A stretch of 64,000 bases of DNA from Cetorhinus maximus (lineage: Eukaryota), in the NCBI RefSeq assembly GCF_964194155.1, contig NC_135889.1:106578001-106642000 (forward strand), read 5' to 3'. Made by a program: the position numbers and the translations under genes. The notes under the pieces were generated by a model. It was not told the origin of the DNA. It searched no databases and was given only the letters and a program-made list of their open reading frames with translations. Below, piece by piece: positions 12,003 to 25,444 of the stretch. Within the stretch, counting starts at the first letter, position 1, and each line of letters opens with the position of its first letter.

Positions 12003-13236
12003 GGTGAACAGCTAAAGGAGGCTGCCTGGCCTTTCTTTATACAGACTGCCTGCTCCCCATTGGAACCGGCAGTCTGTACACGCCTGCCGCACATTTGAAT
12101 TTCCTGCTGTACACGGGAGTCCGAAACGCGCTGGTCGGGCCTTAATTGGCCCACCCGCACAAAATGGCGGCGCAGCCCGCTTCGCCGGCGGAGATCATCT
12201 ACGCACCCACCGCCAATTGGGTTGGGCCCGCCCATCCAACAAACGTAAAATTCTGCCCTAAATCTCCTCCAACCATTCCACTGTTGTGACTCCCAGTTCA
12301 ATATTGCTAACATCTTGCATGTAGCCACCTCAGGCTAGAACTTTCTTGGTTCTGGTATTTTTTAACTCTGGAGTCTTGCATCTAAAACTCTCTCTCTCTT
12401 ATCAGCTTGTCTATGCCTAGAAGTTCAACTCACTGTTACGATTCCTTCAGTTAACAAGAGGTTTAAACACTTTTTGCCAGCATACAGAATTTCAGATGAA
12501 CTCTGCTTGAAAGAGATGTCTCCTGCAGCAAGCTTGTTCTAAACTGAAAATAAAAACCTGCTTCAGACCAGAACCACACCCATAATCCACCCACCCCTGT
12601 AGTTAACTTCATGTTGACCCTTTGTTATTCTATTCCTTACCTCTGCGGCAACTTGGCCAAATGATCAGTTGTGTGAAGCCAGATGCTTTACCAGAAATCA
12701 CCTCCTACAAAAACCTAGTTTTTAAAGAGGCCATCATACCAGCATAAAGCATAGGCTCTTCCGCCAAAGCATGTAGGCCATCACAATTGGAAGACTCTCC
12801 CCACATTGGCAGGGAGGAGGCAGCCTGATAAAAAGCTGAGAGGAGCTTGAAACTTCGTTAAGGCAATACGTATGCAGGAAGCATGGTGTAAAGTTAAAAT
12901 ATGTCATAAGGTATATTTTGGTTGTGTTAGCTAATGGGGAAGTACCTTTTCTTTAGTTTGATGTATTAGTTGCCTGTTAAGTAATGTTTAGTTTATGTTA
13001 ATTTTAGTTTGTTTGTTGCCGAAAAAGTCTTAAAACATGAAATCTTTTCCTTCGGCCATTTCTGTTGGTTGCTGGGGAATTAATCTCTTCTGAAAAGTTA
13101 TCAGCCTCTTTGGAGATGGTAACATACCTCAGAGCAGTATTAAAGGAATGTTGTTGCATGGATGATGAGCCAAGGTCCTGTTCTGCTGGTTTAGGGGAAC
13201 CATTACAGCATTTAAAGCCCTCCTAAATAAAAACAG

Positions 13237-13797
13237 CCAGATTCTGTTTCCTTGACCACCGCCCAAGATCGGCTCCACAGTACCATTTTACGCGGGCGGG
13301 CCAATTAAGGCCCGACTAGCATGATACGTGAGCGGTAGCACTGAGCGCTACCTGTGCGGACAGGGGGAGGAGGGAGTTTCAGGTCCAGTGCTCTTTCGCA
13401 CATGCGCGCAAATGAGTGCTTCAATCTCCCTAAGGCTGCCTCAGGGAGATTGAAGCACTTTTGCAAAAAAATAACTAAATGCAATAAAAATTTAATGAAA
13501 TGTGTCCCCTCATGTGACTGTGTAAAAGCTTTAGGAAACCTCATCCCGCTCGTGGATGAGGTTTCCTAAAAAATATAAAGGCCACTTGGCCTTTTCGCCT
13601 GCCCACCAACAATTTAGTTCCTTAAAGGCCTTAATAGGCCATTTAATTATCGGCAGGCGCACAGCCGACTCCATTGCGCGCCCATCCAACGAAACATGGC
13701 GAGACAGCACAATGACATCGGGACACACGCCCGACTTCATCGCGCGTCACTTTACGTGTCGGGCCCGCCCTCGCACGCTGACTGAAAAATCCTGGCC
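13237..13797 (-). mobile_element. MITE related to H1 termini
   Basis: ccattttacgcgggcgggccaattaaggcccgac matches the reverse complement of 12130-12170; the right part matches the reverse complement of 6942-7230 and ends aaaaatcctggcc. Left boundary approximate. Confidence 0.8.
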
Positions 13798-16700
13798 TCT
13801 GAGTTTAGAAGGTTGGTGATCAAGAGGCTTAAAGGTTGCATTTATTTGTGCTGCATCACTAGGGGAGGCACTTCCTGCACGTGCACAGATGCATTAGTGA
13901 TAAGCTCCAGTGTTGTATCTGCTGCAAGCTCTACTTAAAAGTATGCTTGAAAATGAAGACCAGGATAGCAAAACCGTGATGGGGAATAGGGGAAAATGCC
14001 AATGAGAAAGCAGCAGTAGTGCCAGCAAAAATAATAGTTCCCCCGGTGCTAACTCCAGATGCCTCCCAGTGAATGTGTCAGCTATAACATTTCGCAATGG
14101 AACAATCCATATCTGCCAAAGAGCTGTGTGCAAACTACCTTATCCAAAAGTTTCTTGCTCAGTTATCCAAGTACAATTTATTACATTCCTAAAAAAACAT
14201 GTTAGAGGAATGATCATCGCCCAATGTGGGGCTCAATATCATGACCCTGGAATTAAGAGTCCCATCAACTATCAACTAAACTAATTGGGTTGTGCAGGAT
14301 CTTGGTCCACAAAGCTTTTGACAGATCCAAACTCACCGCATAAAACTTTTCAAACCTGCTGGTCTGAGCAAGAAATCTTTCTACAAGGTAGTTCCAGCAG
14401 TTCTTGGTGGTCTTCAGAATTTTTATTTTCCTGAAAAATTCACCGATACTCCTGCCGCCGGCCAGCCGGAAAGGCGTCAGGAGTTGTTGCGCATGAGTTG
14501 GCGGCCTCAGCGCAGGCCGAGCGTTTCTGTATCCACCCATAACCATTTTAAACACCACTGTAGCTCCTGTCGCTGAGCAGAAAGGGATCAGGAATGGTGG
14601 CGAATGTGCACTTAGCCTGCACTGCAACCGAGGATATCTAGAGAACCAATTATTGTCACTGCCACTGCTGCTACTCCTTCAATGGCATTTTTACCTCGTA
14701 CTCTGACATGGTTTTGCTATCCTGATCTTCATTTACAGGCATACTTTTAGGGTGGAGCATGCAGTAGATACAGCACTGTAACTCCCACCACTGTAATGCA
14801 TCTGCCCATGTGCAGGAAGTGCTCCATGTTGCGGCACAAATAAACGCAACCACAAAATGTTAAATTTAGTGCACACACTATTGTCAGCGTGCAAATAAGC
14901 TGGTGAATTTCAGAATCTCACAAGTTGCTGGATGACTGCATGGACAGCCTCATGAAAGCAGGAACTTGTCATCAATCTCCCAGTGAGTTACACGAAACTG
15001 CCACATTTGCACTGTTCAAATGAACTAAGAAAGTAGGGTCGATACTTAACGACATTCGGACCACTTCAACTACAATGTCTCTAATCCTCTAATGCTACCC
15101 AACCTCTCCAGCCCAGGAAAAGGAATAATTGAAACTGTGGAGTCTCACTCTTGCAGGTAGTAAATTGTTCTTAGAGGTTTTCAAAATTTGAAATGTAAAT
15201 GTTTAAAATGATTTTCTTGCTTTTCCTTTCTGCCTTTTTTTTCTTAACACAATTGTTCTGTCCTTCTGTTTATTTCTCTTTCTGTACCTGATTTTACTCA
15301 AATTCACCCTATATTTCCTTCTCTGTTGTCCTTGTTTTGTTCTCTATCCTTAAATCTCATTGGTTAAAGAGTTAGACTGTTGGCATTATTGCTCACCAAG
15401 GTGCTCAATGCCCTGTTATCAACTCGCAGTTCCAGCGGTTTACAATCCAAGACTATTACAAGCCCAAGGTGGTGGAAACAAATCCAACAAATGAGTCAGA
15501 CAGTGCAGTCCCTACTCCAAGACAGTCTGGTCTTCATGTTGCACAGAATGAGTTAATTTCTATGAATTCACATGCTGCTTGTGGACTATAAATAGTTTAC
15601 TTTATTAAGATTTAGGAAAATAAATTGCCTAACTTTATTGCAATCAACCGGCATTGTATTTCCTGATTTAAGCTGCTTCCCAGATCATTTTCACGTTAGT
15701 TGTCTAAGTTCTAACAGCCTGTCGGTCCATAATCACGGCGTAATTAGCTGGTTATAAAGGATATATTCTGACCTTAGCTCATTCTTTCTCCTTGGAAAGA
15801 ACAAAACAGAAGTGGCTGTAATCAGCAAAGCTTTTGTTGTTAGGAAATGGAGGGTGAGTCAGTTTCAGTGTGACTGAGCTTGATCATCAGTACGAAACTC
15901 CCATAGTTTATCAGTGTCACAGGCACAAGCAAATAATAAGGCTATTCTCACCACTGGAAGGTTCTTTATTTTCCTGGAACTCCTGGCAACCAATGCTTAT
16001 CTTGAAGTTGACAGGAATTTGTCAGTGTTCCTTTTTCCAAACATTGCTAGGGTAGGGCATGAAAGGGGAAACTGATGCTTTTTCTCATTCAAGGCTACGC
16101 AGGTCAGATGGAGGATAACTGATTTTTTTTTCCCTTGGATAGATGGTGTTTGTTATAATCAAGAACTGGAGAAGGCTGGGCAAAGGCAGGTGACTTATTG
16201 AAAACTCCATCTTGTTGCAACTGGTTTTACGAGCAGGTTACGATCTCAAAGTCACAAAAACTACAACTTATTCTTCAAACCAAAAAACAAGTGCTGCAAA
16301 GTAAAGAGTTTAGTTGGCAAATATTTGTTGCAACAAGAGTTATCCCAAAGCTTTAGGGGCACTTTCACTAGAAAAAAGGTTACTTCCCAGTGACTGTAAC
16401 ATCTCTTTAAAACCAAGACTGAAGGACTGTTTTTATAAGCCATCATAGGCAGGATATCCACTCATGTATTCCTCCAATTGTGGCCATTCCTCACATAAAT
16501 GGCTGTGAAATTTATAGTTTTTAGACAAAAGTGCCAGTCTTGACTCAATGGTGGCACTTTTGCGCTGAACCACAAGGTTACAGTGTCAAGCCCTGTTTCA
16601 AAAACAAAGGTACATAGGACTGGTTACCCACCTTCAGGCAGGTGGTGGGAGTCAGGAAATTTTGCGACTTGGCGCACCCACCTCAGGAGAAAGTGCTTGC

Positions 16701-16949
16701 AAAGGCAGGGTTTTCGTTCAGTAGGTGGGGGGAGAGGAGTAGCAGTGGGCTGTGCGGAGCAGGTGCTAAATGGAGTTAGACCCACTGGCCATGGAAAGAG
16801 TTCAGAGGCAGCCACAGGGGCTGCCAGGTGAGAGGCGGGCTGTCCAAAAGACCAACCCCCGTGCTCTGGGACTTAATCCCAGTTACAATAAAATCATGAA
16901 AACAAAAGCAGCCCACTAGCCTCAAACTCCCTAAGCCCCTACACACTCC

Positions 16950-17400
16950 CATATCCCATCCATGCCACCTCATGCCACCCACCCCCTTGGCCCCTCATGC
17001 CCTCCATGCCACCCTATGCCCTCCACACACCCACCATGTTCCCTCATGCCTTCCATGCCATCTCCCATCCCCCATGGCCCCTCATACCCTCCATGCCAAC
17101 CTATGCCCTCCACCAACCCACCATGTCCCCTCATGCCTTCCATGCCACCAATGCCCCCATACATTCCCCATGGCCCCTCATACCATACATGCCAACCTAT
17201 GCCCCTCCAACCACCCACCATGTCCCCTCATGCCTTCCATGTCAACTATGTCCCCACCTATCCCCCATGGTCCCTCATTCCCTCCATGCCAACCTATGCC
17301 CCTCTACCCACCATCATCACCCCTCATCACTTCCATGCCAACCTATGTCCCTCCATCTACTCCCATGGCCCCTCATATCTGCCATACCAGCCTATCACAC
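16950..17400 (+). repeat. C-rich (ccatg-based) degenerate minisatellite
   Basis: Recurring ccccatggcccctcataccctccatgccaacctatgccc units; accounts for the Pro/His-rich ORFs in all frames. Confidence 0.85.
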
Positions 17401-17574
17401 TTCAATGCCCATTCACCCAGTATACATTTAACCAGCTACCGATCAATAAATGTTGTCCCAGGGGCACTGCTGTTTCAACAGAGGGAACACATTGCTTGAT
17501 TGGCAGTTCTTTCTCTCTGACCTATTATGTCAATTACACAATGTTTATTTACACAAGATAAAGAAGTTTCAAGT

Positions 17575-17765
17575 TAAAAGCAAAATACTGCAGATGCTGG
17601 AAATCTGAAACAAAAACAAAAATAACTGGAAAAACTCAGCAGATCTGATAGCATCTGCGGAGAGGAATACAGTTAACGTTTCGAGTCCATATGAAGAGTC
17701 ATACGAACTCGAAACATTAACTGTATTCCTCTCCGCAGATGTTGCCAGACCTGCTGAGTTTTTCC
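17575..17765. mobile_element. Foldback Penelope-like insertion with 19-bp TSD
   Basis: agataaagaagtttcaagt at 17556-17574 and 17766-17784; ~60-bp inverted arms ~17626-17686 and ~17707-17767. Confidence 0.85.
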
Positions 17766-18714
17766 AGATAAAGAAGTTTCAAGTGCCTGCAGTTTCTGCT
17801 ACTGATACTTTCAAGGGTCTGGATGATTGACACTTTTATAGTGCTGTAGTAAAAGCAGTTTTTTTTATGAATAAATGACTGTTTTTTAAAGCTTTCTCAC
17901 ACAGGCTATGGTTACTATAGGGTTCAGTGACTCTGTATAGATTGTATACTTGTATGAGAGGCCTTTCGGGGAAGGGTGGGGAGGGGTTATAGGTTGGTAA
18001 AGGGACATTGGTAAGGTCTTTTGAACTTACCTTTCAAAAGATTGCCTCATCCAGACTATGGTTCACAACACCTCTGACAGGCCATGAACCACCAGCCCTT
18101 GAAAAGCTGGCCAGACTCCTTGAAAATTGTGAAGGGCTAGGAGATACCTATCCCCGCAGTGGAGCTGGCCAGGCTGGGATTGCTGACTCGCGACCCGCAC
18201 CTGCCTGCACCCTTATCCCACACTGGTGAAAATTTGGGGCGCCGGGAATGGGGTTGAGAATCCCGAAATTTGGTCCCAGCCGCATGGAGTCTCCCCGATG
18301 CTGTAAAAATCCAGCCCATAATCCGGGTGACTCTTCACTGAGTGAGTGCTATACTGATGGAGGTACTGTCCTTCAGGTGAAACATAAGGCCATGTCCGCG
18401 GAAACGGATATAATTGATCCATGGCACTATCCCCCAGTCATCACAACCCAAAAATCATTATCAGGCAGTTTACTTCACTGTTGTTTGTGGGTCCTTGAAG
18501 TGTGCAAGTTGGCTCCTACTTTACCCTACATGGCAATTGCACCTAAACTTCAAAATTACCTCATCGGCTGCAAAGAACTTTGTGAAATCCTCAGGTGAAT
18601 GGTGCTACGTCAAAGGATATTAAGGGAGCAATGCTAATATTGGTGCTATTTCCACACTACCTGTAGCATCCAAAACTCTGTTTCCTATGCCTTTATTTGT
18701 ACCAAATTACATTC

Positions 18715-19125
18715 TTCCATCACCCCTGTGCTCATTGACCCATACTGATTGTTGGTCAAACAACACTTCAATTTTCATCCTTGTTTTCAAATCCCCTCAG
18801 ATGGCCTTGCTCCTCCCTGTCTCTGTAATTCCTTCCAGCCATTCAACCCTCCGAGAACCTAATCCTGGCCACTTGAGCGTCCCCAATTTCATTCAGCTGT
18901 CTAGGCCGCAAACTCTGGAAGTCCGTCCTTAACACCCTCTGGCTCTCTACCTCTCTTTCCTCCTTTAAGATGCTCCTCAAAACCTACCTTTTTGGCCAAG
19001 CATTGGGTCATCTGCCCTAATATCACCTTATGTGGTTTGGTGTCAAGTTTATCTTCATGGCCACACTGTGAAGTTCCTTGAGATGATTTATTACATTAAA
19101 AGTGCTTTATGAATTCAAATTGTTG
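18715..19125 (+). mobile_element. L2-like LINE 3' end
   Basis: catcacccctgtgctc...ctcaaaacctacctttttggccaagc...tacattaaaagtgctttatgaattcaaattgttgt, resembling L2 3' ends. Confidence 0.6.
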
Positions 19126-20609
19126 TAAGGCTCACTGCCCAACTTAAGTAAAATAGATGTCGCACTGTTAGCTGTTTAGCATTGGGCCTAATAAGCTATG
19201 CATTTGTATTCAGTGTATGAGTAAATAGGTGATATAGAATGGGCGGCTTTGAGAATAAAAATACTTAATGATTATCTCACCACATAACCACAGGCAGTGA
19301 AGTCCAGCTCTGGGACACAATTTTGCCTGATTCAGATTAATAACAACCATTCCTGATGACCAAGTGGCCCAGATAATTCAAATCCCATTGTCACAGTGCG
19401 TTAACAGGGCTAGAGTATAAAACCAGTCCTATTCATGTCTGTGCCTATAGCCCAAATGCCATATCACAATCATATCCTCACAGTGCTAAGTGATTAGAAC
19501 TCAATTACCCCTTAAATTGCATCCATGTCATTGCCAATATCACTGGCTTCCAAATATTCCTGAGCTTTGACTGTACTGCTATAGTGCATCACTAAGTCCC
19601 AAGTACTTCCAAGCAACACAAAACACTTAAGTATTTATGTCACTAAGCCCCTAACACATGATATTGCCACACTACTGCAGGAGGATCCAAGTACTCTTGA
19701 ATTAAACAAATGTCATAATGCTGGTCTCCAAGAAAGCTGACATGATTTAGTTATTCAGTGAACATCATTCGAAGGTTCATTGCTGCAATTCAGCAGTTTG
19801 AGCTATTAAATTCATTGAAAAAATATATTAATAAATGAAGTAGCTATTTCCTAGTTTTATCCCCTTGACCTAGATGGTGATCTTTGCTTTTGATATTGCC
19901 CTCTAGCTTTGCAGAAAAAATGTTCCATTACTGGACTGAGTGGCTCACTTATTAACTGTCTTCACAACAGATGGAGTTTAAAACAATGCTGTAAAATGAT
20001 ATTCATCAAATTATCCTGTTGTAATCATGGAATTAAATGACTCCATATGCTCTCATAATGAGTGATGTGCCCAGGGATAGGTATCATTCTTGATTATGTG
20101 ACATCCAAACAAATAATACTGCAGATCTGCTTCTACATTAAAACGTTCTCTATGCTGCTTAATATTCATTGACCTCTGTCAGAACCGTAGGATGAGTGGA
20201 TGCAAGACGGGAACCACACTGGACTCAGTTGTAACAGCTCTTGTGGTGGCTCAGCATATCAAGGCTCCCTTTCTATCTTTATACATAAAGAATGACCACT
20301 GGGCAAATTACAATATGAGTGTGAGTTGTGGCCTTCAGAACAGAAAAGGCAGAAAATTAGAGGTAAATTGGATGCGCAGATGACAGCTTGTGGTGGGGTG
20401 CTTCACCATGTGCTCGGTATATGTATATGTATATTAGGGAATCTTAGGCTCATGCATAAGTTGGTTCATGGTTTCCTCGTATGAATAGGCGGCAGGAGAG
20501 ACTCCTGACATCCCAGTAGTTGAATCCCACTACAGCACCTAAGCAAGGAAAGATGCCCCCACGCTTCAGCCATCATACTTCACCGGAAGTTGTAAATTTA
20601 CAACCACCT

Positions 20610-20732
20610 ATAAGACCATAAGACATAGGAGCAGAAATTAGGCCATTCGGCCCATCGAGTCTGCTCCGCCATTCAATCCTGGCTGATGAGTTTCTCAACC
20701 CCATTCTCCCGCCTTCCCCCCATAACCTTTGA
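20610..20732 (-). mobile_element. CR1 3' terminal fragment (same family as 53976-56228)
   Basis: taagaccataagacataggagcagaaattaggcc... is nearly identical to 53976-54097. Confidence 0.85.
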
Positions 20733-23186
20733 CTGGGAATTTGCTAATGACTAATGTCTTAGGGTTCACTGTTTCTCAGAGTTTCTAATTTCATGTGTAA
20801 GGGGTTAAACTTGCATCAGTCCTTTACCAGGAAATTGATGGGCTGGCGTTGAGGTCAGTGAAAGGTTCTCCCTAAAACAATTGTCCCTGCCCTTACTCCA
20901 GTAGAAGCACTTGGCAATAGACTGGTAAGCTGGTATTCTAACTGAGTGGAGGTTCACAAGGGTGAATGTGGGCCCCATTGACAAGCAGCCTAGACCCCTG
21001 AAGAATTAAAAATAACTTGTTTTTGGAATCCATTCAGGTTGGCCCTGTTGTTCAGGAGACTGAGAGTACAAAAGCTGGGCAATTCTTCCCTCAAAGAACT
21101 AAGCCTGGGGTTTCTTGTAGAATTGGACAGGTGGGTGTCAGAAATGTATTAAGTGGTACCCACCAATCCAAGAGGTACTTTCCTATGACCCTGTAATCTC
21201 TTTCAGCATCAGTGTTGAAGGATACTATCGGGCAATTTAAGGATGACTAGCAGGATTGTGGCATTTGTAATACCACAAAAGATCAGCTAGGAAACATTAA
21301 TTTCTTTTAAATATTACAGGACAGAATAGATTTCCTTTGTAGCTCACCTTCTGAATATCACAACCTTCCACTGGTCTTCAGGATCCATCTCGGTCTCAAC
21401 AACCTTTCTTCTGTATTCCCACATTTGTCAGGAATTAATTTACAAGTGTAACCCACATTCAGGAAAATTTAAGTTACACTCTTAGCTTTCCAAACAACCC
21501 ATTCTCAGGTTTGAATTGAGTGTTGGACACAGGTAGAATGGTAACCAAAGCTATTAAATGCAAACACAATGGGGACCGAAGAGTAATTAACTTTTTTTTT
21601 TACAGGATTCATGTATGCTGCTCTGCAGGCAATTTTCTTTTTTCAACAATGCTGCACATAGCTTAACAGGATTTTAATGCTTAATCTTAGGCCAAGGCCA
21701 AGGCCAAAGCCTCAAGTCAAGCATCATTAGACTCAATTAGTAGTGCTGAGAGAAACAGTAAGATCTCTATACATATGTTGCCCTTGTTTTTCCACATAGA
21801 TTTTAAATGAAAACATAGTCCTGCCAGTTGACTGTAAAGGGTGTATAAATTATAACAGGTTAGATTTTTTTTTTTGCTTTCTATGATCTATTACTAATAA
21901 TCTCTCCCTCCAAACAAATTATACTCGATTCTCAGGCCTAAATTACTATGGCAACCATCAAACTGTGAAGACCCTACTTTTGAAGAGCCAAAGCTCAGTG
22001 CATTTCTTCCATCTGCTCCTTTAACTCTTGCTGTAATAATAGAGAACCATTAAAATAAATAGAGGCAATTGGCACATGTTCCCTCCTGGGTGCTTTCAGA
22101 CTTTAATGTTCCAGGGTTGGTGTCTTGAAGAATTTAGTATTTCTGTAAAAATTCAAAGCATTTTGCGTAAACAAATGATTTTTCGCTGATAAGGATTGTA
22201 CATATTACTAGGGATGCGCGCAAACTGAAAATGAAAATCGAAAATCAGTTGAACATATATGATTTATGGGTTATTCATTAATGTATACAATTGGTTCAAA
22301 TCGACATGCATGTTTTATTCATAATAACAAATGGAGTTGAATAGGCGACAGGCATAGTGGTTCTAATTTACCACTATAATTATAGTGGATTTAGGCAATT
22401 CAATATAAAAACAAGCCTTCCTTTTTGTTATGTTTATTCTGAATTTTACAAAAAAGAATTTCTACCAATGTATGTAAAAGAAGACCCCCACAGTTGAATT
22501 TGGGGGCACAGGTTAACACGACTGCTGCTAATTCCCACCTTCCTGCTCTGGATCTGGCCGCTCTACAAACCATATCAAAGCTTAAATGTTCCTTCTTTTT
22601 CTCATGCCAGGCATGGTAGCTGACTGATGCAGCATGTTATATTAATGCCAAAATAGTTGACATTTTCTTCCCATTCGAGTTGCGAGGTAGAGAAGCTAAG
22701 GCCTATTAAAACAAAGATATAATGCTCTACTGATGACTCAGTGAATAAATGTGCCACATAGTGTCCTACATGCAGCCTTGCAAATCAAAGGCCCCAAGCT
22801 CAATTCCTTGTCTGTGCTAATTTGATTGCTGCCAGGAGCAAAGGTACTTTAATTAAAGACTCAGTGTGCCTGACCCAATGCAGGGGGTGGGGGGAGAAAT
22901 CAAATAACAGGCAGTATCGTCCCAGATTTGCACTAAGTGCAGTAGCGGGCAGGGAAAAGGACTTTTTAACCCACTGGCTGCAATGGCGGCTTTTCATGCC
23001 ATATTGTCCCAATCCCGCCTCATTAATTATGCATTCCCAGGAAACACACCGTTTCGATGGCGGGCGGAATCTCATTCGCCAGCCACACCGTCACCTTGCC
23101 GCTTCATCACGCCGGGCGCCATATTTAAAATGTTGCCGTGCGAACACCTCTCAGTGCTTCCAGCCCACAACTGCTGCACGGAAGAC

Positions 23187-24710
23187 ATGGCCCCGAAAGG
23201 CAAGAAGACTGCAGCCTCTCAGTTTAATTCTGTGTCCCTTCAGTACCTTTTGGATGCAGTGAAGGCCTGATGCGATGTCCTGTACTCCTGGGGCTAGAGG
23301 ACATCACGCCGGGCCTCCACATCAATCGAACATGGGAGGCAGTGGCAGCAATGGCCAGTGCCCTGCAAAAGAGGACAAACACCCTGTGTCGCAACAGGAT
23401 GAATGGTCTCATCCCATCTGCCAGGGTAACTCACTCTTCTCATCACTCTCAACTCACACACTCACAAACCCATCGCACATCCACAGGGATCTCACACCTC
23501 AAGGGACAACATCACTAACTCTCACACACACCCTCACATCTCCATCAGGCTCATATCCTCTGGTGCTCATGTCATCATCCCATGTCTCACTCACCACACA
23601 AACATTCCACGCAGTGCCATGTGTTCTGCTCACACTCTCTCCATCTGTTTTCATGCAAGAGAAGCTGGCTCACTACAACAGGGAAAGGTCCCAGACTGGG
23701 GGTGGAAGGACCCACATTAGGCCCCTCACTCACTTTGAGGAGTGTGCCATCGCGCTGATTGGTGAGGATGTGGACCATGCCTGAGGCGACGGTGAGGTCG
23801 GCAGTGAACACCCTCGTAAGGATCCAGCACTACATCATCCCTCACTCAATGCAAATGAGAGCGCTCTGTTTCCTGCTTTTGACTCTGCTGACATGCACTA
23901 ATTATCTCTACGCTGATTCACAGGGAGCTCTGCCAAGTGACCAACGCCCTCAGCCACCCAATCCCTCAGCTCCATCCACATCCTCACCTCCAGCCAAGAG
24001 GACACCTCCTCCATTAAAAGGCTGGAAATAAGCAGTCTGGAAAACCTGTCACTGCACTTACCCACACCCTGCAGCAGAGGCACACAACTCGGTGGGATCA
24101 AGATCTAGAGCAGGCTCGGGTTCACAATCTGGTAGTCACTGCACGGATATGTCTCTGTAGCAGGAGCAGGCAGGTTCAGCTGAGCTCCCCGGCACTCAGA
24201 GGACTGCTGGGGAAGAGGCATCTGTGAGGTCTCAGTCAGATGATGAGCCTCTGGATTTGGCCTTCCAACTCATCCTGGAGAGTCAGCAGGAGGCGTGGGA
24301 ACATCATGCAGAGCTGTTGGAAGCCCTCAACAGAGTAGCACATGGAGGAGTGCGTCCGCCTGATCTCTGATGAAGTGGTGCCCACATGTGCGCATATAGA
24401 GGTCTCCATAGGGAGGATGGCAGACGCCATGGAAACCCTGGTCCAGCAGAATGTAGAAATGTGTGCAGACCTGCACTCCATTGAGGTAGCCATGGCTAAA
24501 TTTCTGTGGTAACGCGAGAGGGAAAAGGGGCACCTCATCATCCCCCCAGGTGCTCCTTCCCTTCAAGGAGTCAGGCCAGGGCCTTCAGGCACACAAAGGG
24601 AGGAGAGTGGCAGCTGGATGCCCCTGGGTCATCCATTGAGGAATCTCAGAGGATGTCCTCTCCTTCCAAGTCCCCTTTACCTGTGACCCCCTCAACCTCA
24701 TCCTCTGTCA
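23187..24710 (+). pseudogene. Myb/SANT-like gene of H3, spliced, disrupted and 3'-truncated
   Basis: MAPKGKKTAASQF...WEAVAAMASA...CRNRMNGLIPSAR|gtaact; EKLAHYNRERSQTGGG; collinear with 46195-44700. Confidence 0.85.
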
Positions 24711-25444
24711 CCGGGAGCAGCTCATCCATGAGTGATTCTGGAGGGACAAGTCTGTGTGTGACAGGGCCTTTCGGAGCCTTGTGCAAGCACACAGATCCTT
24801 CCTGCATCACACTGATTTCAATGTCTTGAGCATTTTCAATACTGCCTGCTGGCGTTCGCTTTCAGTTGTCCATCTGAACTGACCTACATCTCCGCCCACC
24901 CAATGAATTCACTCCAACGCAGCACCTGTTCTCGTCTACCACAACTCTCGTTTCACTTTCAATTTAGCCAGCATGGTGCATCTTAACATTTTTCTTCAGG
25001 GCCCCCGTCCTTTCCCCTCCCCCAGTGACCCATTTTCTTTCCCCCATTGCTGTCCACCCCACTGGCATCATCTTCCACCTCCCCACAATCACCTACCAGC
25101 CACAGCCCTTTTCTTTCGGGAATATCCAGGTAAATATGTCTGTTCCCCTCCTTCCTAAAAATCCCACCCCCATCCACATTCACCTCCCCGACCTCCTTCC
25201 TCCCACCCCCAGGATCCCTGTCTGCCTCCAAGTCCCCACCAACCACCCTCAACATCCCTTCTACTGGTACCATCACACCCTCACCCTCCCACTCTACCAC
25301 CTCAATCTACCCTTGGTCATTCTCACCATCCCCTCCTACCATGCCCACCCTCAGTTTACACCCCAGGAGGCAGTCATGGACTCATCAGAACCCTCCCTTG
25401 CATATTCACCTGGACATCCCCCCCCTCCAGCCCCCTTCCCCCCT

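Larger units (their letters stand above)
6942..12258 (+). mobile_element. Full-length PIF/Harbinger DNA transposon (element H1)
   Basis: TIRs GGGCAGGATTTTA / TAAAATTCTGCCC; flanks CAA / TAA; CpG-rich ends; convergent transposase and Myb/SANT genes. Confidence 0.92.
16617..18317. mobile_element. Non-autonomous Harbinger-type element
   Basis: Ends ggactggtt / aaaaatccagccc; ATA at 16614-16616 and 18318-18320; interrupts the SINE. Confidence 0.7.
16538..18610 (+). mobile_element. SacSINE1/Deu-type tRNA-derived SINE split by an insertion (16538-16616 and 18318-18610)
   Basis: tRNA-like head gactcaatggtggcac...; Deu-like body gtttgtgggtccttgaagtgtgcaagttggct...cttcaaaattacctcatcggctgcaaag. Confidence 0.65.

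Noticed and set aside
6271-13123. LTR-like pieces around H1 (TGTTATGA at 6271; ...GGTAACA at 13123)
   Set aside because: No paired LTR, PBS, PPT, TSD or gag/pol found.
16962-17561. Long Pro/His/Met-rich ORFs in several frames
   Set aside because: By-product of a stop-poor C-rich minisatellite inside a non-autonomous element.
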